A DNA stretch of 64,000 bases from Entomortierella parvispora E1425 (lineage: Eukaryota; Fungi; Mortierellomycota). Every line of letters begins with the position of its first letter. The stretch's first letter is position 1. Below the pieces are notes generated by a model, which was not told the origin of the DNA, did no database searches, and saw only the letters and a list, made by a program, of their open reading frames with translations. This document shows positions 46,854 to 60,197 of this stretch, piece by piece. Position numbers and translations under genes: made by a program. Location: NCBI GenBank assembly GCA_020891255.1, contig BQFW01000006.1:1302001-1366000 (forward strand), given 5' to 3'.

Positions 46854-49560
46854 ATGACATCTCTGGACACTGCATCAATCACACCAAAGGCCTACACCAT
46901 GTCACGAGGAGAATCCCTCATCTCGCATCAGCAGTATCAACCATCACACAACCAGTTCCAAGGAAAGGGAGACCGACACAACAGCTCTACATCGCCTTCC
47001 CCTATGACTTCTCATCGCTACGCTTCTCATTCTCACTCTCATTCAAGGTCATATTCACAATCGCACAATCACCGCCCTTACCCATATCCATATCAGCGCA
47101 ATAACAACAGCAACGGCGATAGCAGCGGATCTGTTCCAGCAGAGTCTCGTCGCAACTCGGTACCAGTTCTGTCAGACTCCAACAACAAGACCGACACAGA
47201 TCGAAAGATGACGCCTACATCCTCGGCCAATAACTATTATCACCAAGCCGGCTCAAGGAACAGCTGGGCTGGACATATCAGTCACTCTATGGCCCCTTCG
47301 ACTACAGTAGCAGTCGCCCGACATGAAGACACGTTTGAAGAGGACGACGACTATCACCATGCTGCCCATAACGGATCGTACCACTCTGTGGATTATCGTT
47401 CGCACCCCACCAACAGTCATCAGCAGAATCCTTCAGATGAGTACTCTCACCACCCTCCATCCCAGGCATCTTCATACCAACATCCTTCGTCATCGCACTA
47501 CCCCTACAGCCATGGTCAATACAACCCACAAAAGCAAAGGATACAGCAGCAACATCCTTACTACGACGAGGACATGATGATGGTGGACAGCAACTTGAAC
47601 AAGCATCGTAACAATTCAATCTCCTCCAACGCAAGTCAACAATCCAATGGATCCTCTTCCTCCATGTCTCTTTCCGTGCCCATGCTCTCTTCTGCATCTT
47701 CATCCTCGTCTTCTCTTTGCTTATCCACTTCCACAACGATATCCAACCCTTCTATGCAATCTCCACCCATGATGAACCAGCATCAACAACATCAGCAACA
47801 GCAGATCAACAAGCATCCCTGCAAGTTCCCTACCTGTGGCTGGAGTTTTAAGAGATTCGAGCATTTGAAGCGACACATGCTGGTGCATACAAAGGAGCGG
47901 TCGTTTGTGTGTGATTATCATGGCTGTGACAAGTCTTTCAGCCGGTCGGATAACTTCTCTGCTCACTTGAGAACCCATACCAAGAAAGGCGCTTCCGTGA
48001 CCATGAGCGGCTCCGCGTCTGGTTCGGGCCCTGCTGGTCGACATGAGTCCTACGGAGTCAGCCATGGAGGATATTCGCCCACAATGTCGGCAGCAGATCG
48101 GAGGTCGGATCGACACCAACAGATCAGCGGCGGGCTAGAACCTATTCGAACTCATTTCACCTCCTTCCATGATTCATCGACAATTATGAGTGCCGGTGGT
48201 TCTTCTTCGTCCAACGCCGAATACATGGCAGGAAACACGAACGGTCATCGACATAGCACTGGATCTTATCCAGTAGGATACAAAATTGACGGAAATGGAG
48301 AACGGCCCCTGTCATTGTCATCATCGTCGTCTACGAGGAACTCGTACGGCTACCAGTCATCGGAGGATCAACATCATCAGCTAGAACCCAAATCGGCAGT
48401 ATCGACATCCTCCTTCACATTGCCACCTCTGCACATGGCGCAGCAACACCGTCAGTCACACCGCCACACCAAGAGTCCCTCTTGCTCGGTCGAGGGTCAT
48501 CCACTGGAGGGCGTGTCCGACAGTCTAGTGCCCAAGTTCAACACCATTCAGTTGGCCTCCACAACGACGCATTCCCGATCTCGATCATCTTCCCCTCACC
48601 AACATTCTGCACGTCGGGTAACAGGGTACGAGCACCCGAACCCCAACCCCAATGGCGAGTCTCCAATGATGGCTCCTCGAGATCTACCAAGTGGCCATGC
48701 CCCTGAAAATGAGAATGGTGATGAAGGCACCGATCACGAGGCGGGTTTAAGAAAGGGATTCTCTTCTCACTTTGCATCCATGGACACGCTTATGGCCAGA
48801 GATGAAGACGATTCTGGTGTTTCGAGGCGATCACCTTCTATGTCGGCGGCAATGGCTCCAACAGAAACCCAAAACCACCATCCTCAGCAGTATGATCACC
48901 AGCGGTCCATGGCCAGACAGACCTCACCCCCTGCAGCGTATGCATCCGACTCTGTCTACTACCACCAGCAGCGAAAGTCCGAGTACTACTCCAACTATCC
49001 AGAGCAGTCTCACCACCAGATGTCATACCAGCCTGGCCCGCCTGCAACATCAAGGGTTCTGTCTCCTCACCACCATCACAGCTCCTTCAGCCAGTCCCAC
49101 AGCTATGGCATGCTCCGCCCCGTGCCTTCTCATTCAACGCCACTCCCCCCACCGTCCATGATGCCAGGGAACTCTAACTCCGCCATGTTGTACTCTTCGT
49201 CTGCTTCGTCGTCTTGCTCCTCCTCTTCCTCTTCTTCCTCGAAGAATCATTGTTGCAATGTCACGGGATGCATGAAGCGATTCAAACGACTGGAACATTT
49301 GAAGCGCCATATCAAGACTCATACGTTGGAGCGGCCTTTTGCTTGCTCGACTGTGGGCTGCAACAAACGCTTTTCGCGTTCTGATAACCTGTGTAAGTGC
49401 TCCCCTCCTTGGATCCTATTCCCAACCCTCATGTCTTGCTCCTGATTGTCAGTGGACTAAATGTCTCTTGTCCGGTTTTTCTCCACCTATAGCTCAACAT
49501 ATCAAGACTCATCAGCGCCAACTGGTGAGCAAGGTTCACTGGAAGCAGCGACCTCTGTAA
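46854..49560 (+). CDS. C2H2 zinc-finger transcription factor TF2, paralog of TF1, ~868 aa; join(46854..49392,49493..49560)
   Basis: Fingers [19 protein letters not shown] / [19 protein letters not shown] and [19 protein letters not shown] / [19 protein letters not shown]. The GTAAGT/TAG intron sits at the same SDNL|S position as in TF1. Confidence 0.92.
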
Positions 49561-49910
49561 AGATATTCCCTACATCCCTACCTCCCGTGTGTTCTTGTCC
49601 ATAGTTTTCCCCCTTCTCGTTATTTTTCTCATCCAGCCTGTGTAGATATATGTACTTTTCATGGTTGCCCCTCTCATTTTGTTCTTGCATAGCTGTCCTG
49701 ACTTCATATAAATACCGACGTAATCCCTTCTTTCCAACTCTTGTTATCTGGGCCGCTCGCTCTACCCATTCTCGAGCCTCCAATCTTTTGACAAAAAGAA
49801 CTGGTGTATTGAATGCCTGTTTTTTTTTATTGGAATGTGAACTAGAAATGCGAATTGACAAAAAGGAAAGAGCGGGTCTTTGAATAAGAAGATATGGCAA
49901 GGCGCCCGGT

Positions 49911-50585
49911 TTAATCTGTACCCAAGCATCGTGCACCACGAGTTTTACTCCGCTCCGTCACAATGGCACGCGTGGGCAAAGCTTTCCGATCGGGCACATT
50001 CAAGACTCGGAACAGCTCCTTGTCATAAGCGGTGGCGAGACGAATGTTCTTTAGCTTGACGGCCTTGGCAGACTTTGACAGCTCGTGCTCAGTCATCTGC
50101 ATGTACTGCTCTTCCAAACTCAACTCATCGTCCTCCTCGTATCGAGATGCAGAGGTGCTAGTATGGGTAGAGGGGCTGCCTTCCTTGCGGGGGATGGGCT
50201 TCTTTTTGGAGACTTTGATGGCCCAAGCATCGGATCGACCGGCGAGGCTGGCACTGTTGATGCTGGTGGCCGTGAGGGTCTTGCTAATGTCAGTGAACCC
50301 ATCGCCCAGGTTCGAAACTGTAAGAGAGGCAGCAATGCTGTCCTCGTTCAAAAGGATCTCGTCGCTTTCCTCCTCATCTTCATCCTCGTTATCGGAACCG
50401 GTGGTGGAGGCAATGACAGACCAAGAGCCGACGCTCATCTGGTCATGGCCATCGTCCTGGCCCTCGCTGTTGCTGTGATGACTGTAGTAATCTTGGTGAT
50501 CGTGGGTGGGCTCGGACTCTTGCTCAAGGAGAACAGAGTACGGGTTGCGCAGGGGGATGGTTTGCTGGGGGAGAATGATCGACAT
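49911..50585 (-). CDS. Hypothetical acidic low-complexity protein (224 aa)
   Basis: ATG-initiated ORF with protein-like composition (acidic tract, basic C-terminal helix KSAKAVKLKNIRLA). It is convergent with TF2. No family was recognised. Confidence 0.7.
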   Translation of the reverse strand: MSIILPQQTIPLRNPYSVLLEQESEPTHDHQDYYSHHSNSEGQDDGHDQMSVGSWSVIASTTGSDNEDEDEEESDEILLNEDSIAASLTVSNLGDGFTDISKTLTATSINSASLAGRSDAWAIKVSKKKPIPRKEGSPSTHTSTSASRYEEDDELSLEEQYMQMTEHELSKSAKAVKLKNIRLATAYDKELFRVLNVPDRKALPTRAIVTERSKTRGARCLGTD

Positions 50586-51431
50586 ATTTTTCTGGGATGA
50601 TCCTTATAGGCGGGATCGGGTGTAATGGTTGCTGTGGTAGCGGGTAGTGGTGGGAGTTGTTGTTGTGTAATGAAAAAGAAGAAAAAGAGGAAAGACGAGT
50701 CGAGGACCATGGCTTTTATCCTATTTTTTTCCTTCGCGTGTTTGTCGTGACCCTTTCCTTCCCCCCACAATGGATTTCTTTTCGAACCACTCTGCCTCAA
50801 GCTCCTCCGTCCTTCTTGATGCCGCAGCCCTCCAAAGAACAGGGCAAACGAGTGGAGTTGAGGTAAAGGAAAATAAACAAAAACCAAAACTGCGGGAAAT
50901 TTTGCATGAGATCAGAGACCTTCAAACCGAGCTCCCCCCATTCTGGAAGGACCAAAAAAGAAAATGGACCCATTTTGCGGCGCCTTGGTGCCACCACACC
51001 TTAACTCTCCTTCCAAGCCCTTCCGAGGCTGATGAAAAGGAAGAGCATTGGCCCGCCATCCAGCGGGGTCTGGCAGTGCACTGGCCACAAGTCGACTGTG
51101 GCACTCCATGAACTTACGAACCCTTGGGCTGCCGCAGCCCACAAAGAAAGAAAAAAAGGGTGAGGCTGCGTCCCCTCACACTCAGCACCACCAACTGACA
51201 TGCTGCCTGATTCACATTCAGATGACAAGCAGAAAAGGTATTGCTCTATTGGGTCTATCCTAGCGATACATGATAAACTTGGATATGCAATGATAGTGGG
51301 GATATGAGTACAAAGGTGAGAACATAGGTGGGCGGATGGATGATGCAAAATGTGGAAAGGAATACTAAACAATAAAGGAACTATTAAACAAACGAGCCAG
51401 AAAAACAAAAGATGTTTGCGTCTTCCATCCT

Positions 51432-53222
51432 CTAATCGTCCGAGAAACGAATCTTGGTAGGAGCCTTGACCTCACCACCAAGATCCTTGAAGTGGTCACC
51501 ATAGATAGAGTGGGCCTTTTTCTTAACGGTACCACCAAACTTGCGGAGCTCATCGGGGATCTTGACACCGGCATCGTTCAACACATTGATCAAGGCACCA
51601 CTGAGACCCTTCTCGTTCACAGTGAAGAAGGTGTGGGCAGTTCCAGTCTGACCTCCACGTCCTGTACGTCCAATACGGTGGACGTAATCTTCTATCGTCA
51701 AGGGGAAGGTCACATTGATAACGTGGGTAATGCCGGTAATATCAATACCACGGGCAGCAACATCGGTAGCGACCAAAAGAGGCACAGATCCGTTCTTGAA
51801 AGCCTCCAAAGCAGCGGAGCGGGTATGTTGGTTCTTGTCTCCGTGAATTCCTCCGACATTGAATCCGGCTCTCTGCAAGGTCTGCTCAATACGGTCGGCC
51901 TCCTTCTTGTACAGGGCAAAGATCAAGATACGGTTCTTGCGAGACTTGTGGTAGTCCTTCAAAAGCTCCAAGAGGCGACGCTCCTTGTTGCGGGGGTCAT
52001 CCAAGACTTCGACAATCTGAGTGACATTGGAGGAGGCACCGAGGTCAGGGGATCCAATGGTAACCTTGATGGGGCGATCCAAAAAGTCACTGGCAAGCTT
52101 GCGGACAGACTCGGGCCAGGTGGCAGAGAACATGGCAGTCTGACGATCCTTGCGGGTCTTGCGCAAGATGGAGCGAATAGCCTCCTCGAATCCAGTGTCC
52201 AACATGCGATCAGCCTCGTCCAAAACCAAGTAAGAGACAGCATCAATGTTGCAGCTTCCATCCTCGAGAAGATCCAAGAGACGTCCAGGGGTAGCGACAA
52301 TAATATGAACACCGGAACGAATGGCGCGACGCTGATCATCCTTGGAAACACCTCCATAAATGCAGACACTCTTAATTCCAGAGGACTTTCCAGCAGCCTC
52401 ACACTGCTCCTGAGTCTGCATAGCCAACTCGCGAGTAGGGGAGACGACCAAGACGGTGGGGCCCTTGGGCTTGACGTTGAAGTCCTTCTGACCGCGAATG
52501 TGCATCAAGGCAGGAAGGGTGAAGGCCAAAGTCTTTCCAGAACTATAAAACCATTATGCCATGACCATTACAAGGTGGATTAGTTCATATTCGAAAGAAA
52601 GGTCGCAAGCAAACAACATATGACGATATTTCATATCCATCAGTCGACCACATTTCCTGATGTGTTGAAGGACTTACCCAGTCTCGGCAATACCGATAAT
52701 ATCGCGACCAGAGAGAACAATAGGCCAGCAGGCAGCCTGAATGGGACTGGGAGCCTTGAAGCCCTTAGTAACATCCAACATCTCGGGTCTGAAGCCAGCC
52801 TCGTTGAACTTGAGAACTGGCAAGAAATCCTGGTCTCCAGAAACCTCGATGGTGTTCTCCTTGTAGAAGTCGCGGGCCTCAGCGTTGGTGGTCTTGTTGG
52901 TCGAGGCGTTGTAGAACGACTTGACAAGACCGTTTTGGGGTGCAGAGCCGTTGACGACCGTGGCCTTCAAGGGGGAAACAACCTCGATGGCCTTGAGCTT
53001 CTTAAAGGCAGGGGCAGCCTCGGTGGTTTCTTCCTCGGCCTTGGACTCCTCCTCGTCGTCAGAGGACTTGCGCTTCTTGTCCTTCTTCTCCTTCTTTTCC
53101 TTCTTGTCCTTCTTGTCCTTCTTCTCCTTCTTGTTCTTCTTCTCCTTCTTGGTCACGTTAGAAGTCTCGACGTCGGAAACCTTCTCCTTCTTTTCCTTCT
53201 TGTGGGCGACGTCCTTGGACAT
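51432..53222 (-). CDS. DBP3: DEAD-box RNA helicase DBP3 (60S biogenesis), ~551 aa; join(52678..53222,51432..52542)
   Basis: Lys/Glu-rich KKEKK N-terminus, Q motif (PSPIQAACWP), AETGSGKT across a phase-2 intron, PTRELA, TPGRL, DEADRMLD, SATWP and HRIGRTGR, with a C-terminal HSIYG..FK...FSD typical of Dbp3. Confidence 0.93.
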
Positions 53223-54125
53223 TGTTGATGAGGGCATGGGGGTGGATGTGAGGGTAGGGATGAGGGGGAAGGACATGCGTTCAAACGAAATGCTCGAGGA
53301 GAGGGGAAAAAAAAAAAAAAAAAAAAAAATCAACAAAGTGACTGCTTTATACGTGATAATATTTGTGTACGTGAATAATTGGCATCCCTGACATCTCACC
53401 CCTTACACTCCAAATCACTCCACTGGAAGACCAGCATATGGCGATCGTTTAGTTACAACAATAAACCCACGCGCCTGAAAATAGGCACACAAACATAGGA
53501 TTGGTATCATCCGACTGTTCCCTTCGTTCACCACGAAAAATGGGTATCGAAGAAAAAGCCAGCACAGCTACCTGAGTTGTCAAAATCCACAATCTTAAGT
53601 TACGACGAACTACCAATGAAGGCCTAGCCGTATACCTTGATTTGCGCATCGTTAGAGCGACTAGTACACTCTGCCTATTCTCGACTGCAGTCGTAGTGGT
53701 TCCTTTGATCGGTCACCTCTTTACCGGTGATATTCCTATTCCAACTCTCCGATGAATTGAAAAGCGCGAAAATTTCATAGGGCAGCACAGACATTCATCC
53801 ATGGTTCATCAACGCGGGCTCGCATCGAAACTATATCACTGGGGATTCTCATTACTTGAGTAGGAGAGAATTCATGATTTGGGTGTATGTGAGACGCGAG
53901 ACCAGAAAAGATATCTGCATGCAGATGCCACAAGGCGAAGCGCGCAAAGTGATCACGTGAAAGCCTTTTTTTGCCATGCCGATAGTGCAACAAAAGGCAA
54001 TGCCATGCACTCATTGTTCCATTCGTTTCGGTAAATTCGTCAGCAAGCAAGCACAACAATTAGGACGACCCTGCAACAGTTACAAGTTAAAGTCCACGCC
54101 ACATTTATAACAATTCACCAGCGCA

Positions 54126-55709
54126 ATGGACGACGAACAGCCTAATTACTACCAACTGCTCAACGTCGAGCCCAACGCCACCAAGGATGAAATTCGAAAA
54201 GCCTACAGAAGACAAGCACTGCTGTTCCACCCGGACAAGATGAAGCCCCATATGAAGGAAGAGGCCTCACAACACTTTCAGCTCATTAGTGAGGCATATG
54301 ATGTCCTGTTTGATGGTAGGTTCATGGTCTACTTATGTTTACCTTGCGGTCGTTCAAGATCCACGACGAGTGCTGACGTGACCCCCTCGCAAAATAGACA
54401 AGAAACGGGAACTTTATGATCGATATGGACCAGCTGGAGTGAAGGCAGGAGGGAATCCTAACCCTGAACCCGAACCAGATTTTTTTCGCGCTCCAGCTCG
54501 ACCTCCAGGCTTTGACTTTGGATTCCCATCGCCATTTCCTGCCATGCCTGCCATGCCTGCACACTTTTATGGTGGACTTTCAGGATTTCATGGTGCGTCT
54601 CCAGCTCCGTCCTCTTCATTTTCATCCGCATTTGACAGCAACGAGGATATTTTGAGAAATATTTTTACAGGAGGTGATTTATGAACCATTTTACTGGAAG
54701 ACTCCACCAACCCTTTTTTGCGTCGAACTGAGGTAACTTATGAGCTCTTTTTCTTTTCCATCAACATTGTCTTTAGAGCAAGCATTTTCAAATCCTCCCT
54801 ATCCACACATGCCTCCCTTTGGACACATGGGTAGCATGTTCGCAGATGATATATTCAGATCGCATTTTGAGCAACCTCAGCAGCAGCGACGTCCGACATT
54901 GTTCTCGACTTCACCATTCTCAAGTCGTCAGACCATGAGCCAAAATTGGACGGGAGCTGGAACAAGCTCGAGCCCATTTACTGATTTCGGATCCACGGGA
55001 GGATTCACGAGTACGAGTTCTTCATCTTCTTTTGGAGGACGGAGGGGGGTGAGCTCGTCTACAAGAACCAACATTGTTAATGGACAACGAACTACAATTA
55101 CCGAAGTTACAGACGAGCAGGGAGTAACCACAAAGACGATCGAGAATCCGGACGGAACAAAGCAGGTCTTTGTGAATGGTCAACCGGCGGCAATTGAGGG
55201 AAACAGGCAACAGCCAATATACATTGATGACGATGACAGCCAGACACCTGGAGGCGGAGGCGGAGGAGGAAGAGTAGGGGGAGGTGGTGGGCATCCTAGC
55301 CGTTCCATTGGCCGGCAAAATAGTGCGAGTGGCTATCGTACTGATTACGACACGAGACAAAGTCCAGCTTCATCATATGCAAGAGGAGTCCAACCGACAT
55401 CTGAGCAAAATCGACGCACTACGACAGCAGAACCAGACGTGATCGTGCTGGACGAAGATGAGGACGAAAATATGTACGAGGATTTCTCCCGGGACACGCA
55501 AGGAGAGCGAGAGAGCGCCAGAAGGCAATATTTCGTTGTGGACGACCAAGATGACGACCCCAATTTATTCCACCCTCGAATGGGACGCGGACAGAGTAAG
55601 TAGCAACAACTGTGCAGTGTTTAGATGAAATGATGCCGCTGTCTTCCATGACAACAAAGTGACTGACACCCTTGCTATTATAGCGTTGCGAGGAAGATCT
55701 CCTCACTAA
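54126..55709 (+). CDS. Class B J-domain protein, DNAJB6/B8-like; probable join(54126..54315,54399..54673,54777..55595,55684..55709)
   Basis: J domain with HPD (KAYRRQALLFHPDK...KRELYDRYG), a G/F-rich region, an S/T-rich segment and a beta C-terminal domain (TNIVNGQRTTITEV...VFVNG). The last exon is less certain. Confidence 0.85.
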
Positions 55710-56421
55710 GGCAAGCCGAGCGGAGTGGTTCCTGTTGATTGTCCATAGTTTGCATGAAAGCGCTTTTTTCGTGGTTCAATAACAGAAGCTTCGATGATAC
55801 ATATTTGCTTTCTCTGATGCACGTAAACTGTGGCCCGTGGGGTGTGAGCAGGAAGGGAAACAGGCAGTCCAAACCTCCATGTTCAAATTGAGTACCAGCT
55901 GAGGGTGATGACCATAAACTATTTTTGTGGCGGTGCGTGATGAGTCTGAGACAAAACTGCATCTATTCTTGGCACCGCCCGCTGTGGCGGAGGAAAGGGC
56001 GAGAAGAAGAGCAATAGGCTGACAACAGAGTCAGTGCCCCTGACCATGCGGTTGTGGCTTTCAACCATAAAAGAGAGCCTGGCCCTCGTTTTTTCTCGCC
56101 CTCTTCTTTTTTGCATTTGTCAACGGTTCATCGTCCCATCCATCCGTCATCGCAATCCTTCAAGTCTAATCAGTGCAAGTGCAAAAGCCAAAAGGTAAAA
56201 TTGGCAGACCTTTGCTCTCCCTGCTTGTCTTTGATGAAGGGACCAACCAACCTTTGTGCCTGTCCGTTCCTCATCTCACCGCCTTTTTTTTTTCCCTTTT
56301 CTTCTTTGACTTTCCTTCTCCTCACCCTGTGACCCACAGCCCAGCAGACACACACACTAAAATTATCCTGCGCCTCCACGCCTTCTCAGCAACTTTTCTT
56401 CTTCCCCAGTAACACTTGACC

Positions 56422-58945
56422 ATGGCAGCCAACGGCGACGTCCCTGCTCATATTGCGCAACAGCGCCAACTCTACCACGCTGCTCTCCAGAAGCAGAATG
56501 CTGGTGGAAACAACGGGTACCCCTCTCCTCCCCCTGGCAGCAGCGGATATCCTCAGCAACAGCAACAACAATTTCAGCAGCAACAGTATTATCAGCAGCA
56601 GCAGCCCTCTGCAGGGTATGGGGGTGTCCAGGGTGCTGGTGTAGGTCAGGGCTATGATAACTATGGTGGCCAGATGGACGCTCAGCAGCTGCAATACTAC
56701 CAACAGCAACAGCAGCAGCAGCAGCAATACCAACAATACCAGCAACAGCAGCAGCAGCAGCCGCCACAACAACAACAATACCAACAGTCTCCTGGTGCTG
56801 CCCCAGCAACAGTGTCGATTCAGCCCCTCTCGTACAGCCGCCATTCGGCCTCTCCTCCATCACAACAGCAGGCTCTTCCCCAACAACAGCAACAGCTTCA
56901 GCCCGCCGCTGCTCAGGCGCAGACGCAATCGCGCCCTAGTGCAGCTGTCGGTGGAGAGTACCCTCTGTTGGTGGCCATTGATTTCGGTATGATTCAATGA
57001 GACGAATGATTGTCTACAAGGTCGGTTTGTCTACATGTAGACTGACTTTTTATTAATGTTTTTCAACAGGTACCACCTTTTCTGGCGTTGCCTACGCCTT
57101 CAAATCCAACGGCGAGGTGCTCGAGATGACCACATGGTAAGAACAATCAGGATTCAACCCGCCGCTCCCAAGATGAGCCCCAGCATAGCCAACTGACACA
57201 AAAAACAACCAACAGAAAATACGCCCCTTGCCTTTGCCAGAGGAGGGGCAGTGCAGAACGACGTGTCCACTCAATCCACTTTGTCAGTCTATATGACAGC
57301 AACTCACTCTGTTCTTTTGTTTTGTAAACTTAGGCCCCATCAGGCAAACCTGTACGGAAAGGTACCAACGGTCAGCGCCTACAGCAAGGAAAATGACCGC
57401 ATGCACTCGTGGGGATATGCCGCCAAGGCTGCCATGTTGACGCCCAACGGTCGCAGTCTGGATTTGCTTCAAAAGTTCAAGTTGTTCCTCGACAACGATC
57501 TGGCTCCCTATCTTCCTCCTTTGCCCAGGACCATCAACCCCCAGACCGCCATCAGTGACTACTTGCGTGCTGTACATGAGCATGCCATTGGCGAGATTAT
57601 CAAAAACACCTCTGGAGCCTTTTCTGACACGCGCCAGATTCAGTACTGCTTGACTGTGCCCGCCATGTGGACAGACAACGCCAAGGGTGTGATGCGTCAG
57701 ACTGCTATCCAAGCAGGATTGATCCAGCCATCTGATCCCCCCCACCGGCTATTGCTCGTCTCGGAACCCGAGGCTGCCGCCATGTACTGTGAAAAGAAGT
57801 GCGAACAATTCAACTTGCGTCATGGTGACCGATTCATGATTTGCGATGCTGGTGGTACGTGAGAACCTTTGAGTTTTAGCCCTCCTAAAAGGTGCTTTTG
57901 TTGCTTTGTTATACTCACAAAAGTACCACGTTTCTATTATTATATCGTAGGTGGTACTGTGGATTTGATTGTCTTCCAGGTCGACTATAGCTCGGGTACT
58001 CGCCGCTTGGTCGAGGTGACCCGTGGCTCGGGAGCAAGTTGTGGATCCGGATTCTTGGACGAGAACTTTTCAAGACTTGTCAACTACAAGCTCCAGCGAT
58101 ACGACCTCCAGCCAAAGGCATGGGCTCAGATCATGGAGGAGTTTGTGTTCTCACACAAGCCTCAGTTTGATGGTGATGATGATTCCTTCATTTCGATGCC
58201 TTCGTCTGTCGGAAACATTGTGGATCTGGATATGCGACTCGAGGATGGACTGCTGGCAATCTCAGCTCAGGAGATGCGCGAGCAAGTGTTTGATCCAGTT
58301 GTGAACCAGGTCCTCGGACTGATTGATGGCCAACTTCAGCAAGCGCAGCAATGCTCTGCCATCTTTTTGGTTGGTGGTTTTGGATCTTCGCCTTACCTCC
58401 ACAAGCGTGTGCAGCAAGAGTTTGAAAACAGAGTGCCATTGATCCGGTATCCCCCCCGCCCAGACTTGGCCGTTGTCCGTGGTGCCGTCTACCACGGTCT
58501 GACTCACCAGCCCATCCAGGCTCGCGTGGCCCGTCGCTGGTATGGTGTTGACACGACGCGCCCTTACAAGGCAGGTGATCCAGTGGAGAAGAAGTACTTG
58601 CAGGACGGCAAGTACCGAGTTCGGGATGGTTTCTCAATCTTTGTTCGTCCAGGGCAGTCAATTGCAGTGGATGAGTGCATCAGCAAAAAGTATATTACGC
58701 ACAAGTATCCGGAACCGCTGTCGTCACCACTATTTGTTTACAACGGAGAGAACACGCCCGAGTTTGTAGATTCGCCCGGTGTCCAAAAGCTGTGTGACTT
58801 TACAATCCCATTGCCACATATGCCTGGTGCGCCTCCTGGCACTCCCGTGATCTTTACACTCCGGATGTACTTTGGAACGACGGAATTGAAGGCCGAGGCC
58901 GTGTTTGAGAGTGGCGAAGTTATCTCAACGTTGTGCCGTTTCTAA
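56422..58945 (+). CDS. HSPA12-type (non-canonical) Hsp70-family protein with Q/Y/G-rich N-terminal extension; join(56422..56986,57070..57136,57334..57854,57951..58945)
   Basis: AIDFGTTFSGVAY, KVPT, YCLTVPAMW, SEPEAAA, CDAGGGTVDL and FLVGGFGSSPYL are restored by GT-AG introns. There is no EEVD tail. Confidence 0.9.
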
Positions 58946-59469
58946 AGGAGAGAGCTAGAAACAGAGAACCACCCCCACTCTTGAGCCACGGGTCTTGGGT
59001 AAAAAGAAACTCCCGGGCCACACCTTCCATTCACCAGCAGAAAAAAAAAGAAACTAAAAGGGCTTTTGTTACCACCCACATACCATGCAGCTTACCATAA
59101 TATCATAAAGTCAGTCAATTTTTCTCTTTTTACGTACTGATCAACATGGCACGTTTTGGCTTTGCAGGTGTGAATCCCCTGTGGAGAAAGAAGGGCCCCG
59201 AGGCCCCAGGGGGTTTTGGTGGCAGCCAATCAAGCTTGTTGGGGGGAGATCCATGTCAGGTGAGCGTGTCTGTGTCAGCCATCGTTGGGTGAAACCACAA
59301 AATGGAGGGAGAGAGAAGAATGAGAATCAGGAACCACCCGAGAGTGTGGGCCTTGGGGGAAGGAAGGAAAGAAACAAACGCCTGAAGCTCTTTGCCAACA
59401 GCGAGAATCGAGTCATTCTAAAAACTCGCGCGGTTGAATTAGGAATTAGCGGTCGGTTCTTTGAATTGG

Positions 59470-59510
59470 CCCGCAACCCGCAACCCGCAACCCGCAACCC
59501 GCAACCCGCA
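59470..59510. repeat. (CCCGCAA)x~6 heptamer repeat between the Hsp70-like gene and ACS
   Basis: Read directly from the sequence. Confidence 0.9.
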
Positions 59511-60197
59511 CCCAGCCCAGCGCCGTTGGGATGTTTGCTACCGAAAACCATAGAATGAAAGTTTGTTCACTGACCTTTGTCCTTTTTGATAGCGCCACAG
59601 GTGAGAGCGGGATAACCAAAAAGTTGAGCGATTTTAATTGTGCGTATGAAAGATAATGCCCCCTTTGAAGAAAGGCACCGAGGAGTCGAGGACAAAGTAG
59701 AAGAGCCGAGGGGGAGGAAGAGTACCAACCAGATCAAGGTTCATAGATAACGAAACATATTCAAACAGTGCCATCCCGTTTCTTTTGCCAGGCCTGTTCG
59801 TACACTTTCAATTGGATGACACTTGACCAAGGGTGTGGCGTGGAGGTGTGTAATGTCGCACGCAAAAAGAAGAACCAAACTGGCATTCAAGGAAAGCAGG
59901 GATCTGACAGAAGAATGATTTCTAGCGATCTGTCTTTTTTTGGGGAAGGAGGGACAATTGCCATGACGGACAGATCGGCTGCCAGCCCAACCCAGCCAGC
60001 CAGCCAGCCAGGGACAGGTGGATCTGCAGCAACGGAGTTCGGTGTCCGAACCCGAGCCACGGGCGGTGGGAGTGGAGAAAGGCCAGAGATGGGGTTTATC
60101 TCTGGTCAATGGAGTCGCATCCCCAAATCATAATCGGTTGTCCTCGAATCAGAATCGACCAGGGCAGAGAGAGAGGTCTCCGGTTGTATTCAGTCCT

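Noticed and set aside
50770-51111. 113-aa plus-strand ORF between the acidic hypothetical gene and DBP3
   Set aside because: No recognisable domain. It lies in probable promoter/3' UTR space.
53768-53960. RRPE-like TGAAATTTTC (minus strand) and TCACGTGA E-box in the DBP3/DnaJ divergent promoter
   Set aside because: Both are short, and the RRPE match is imperfect. They are expected by chance, and no canonical heat-shock element was found.
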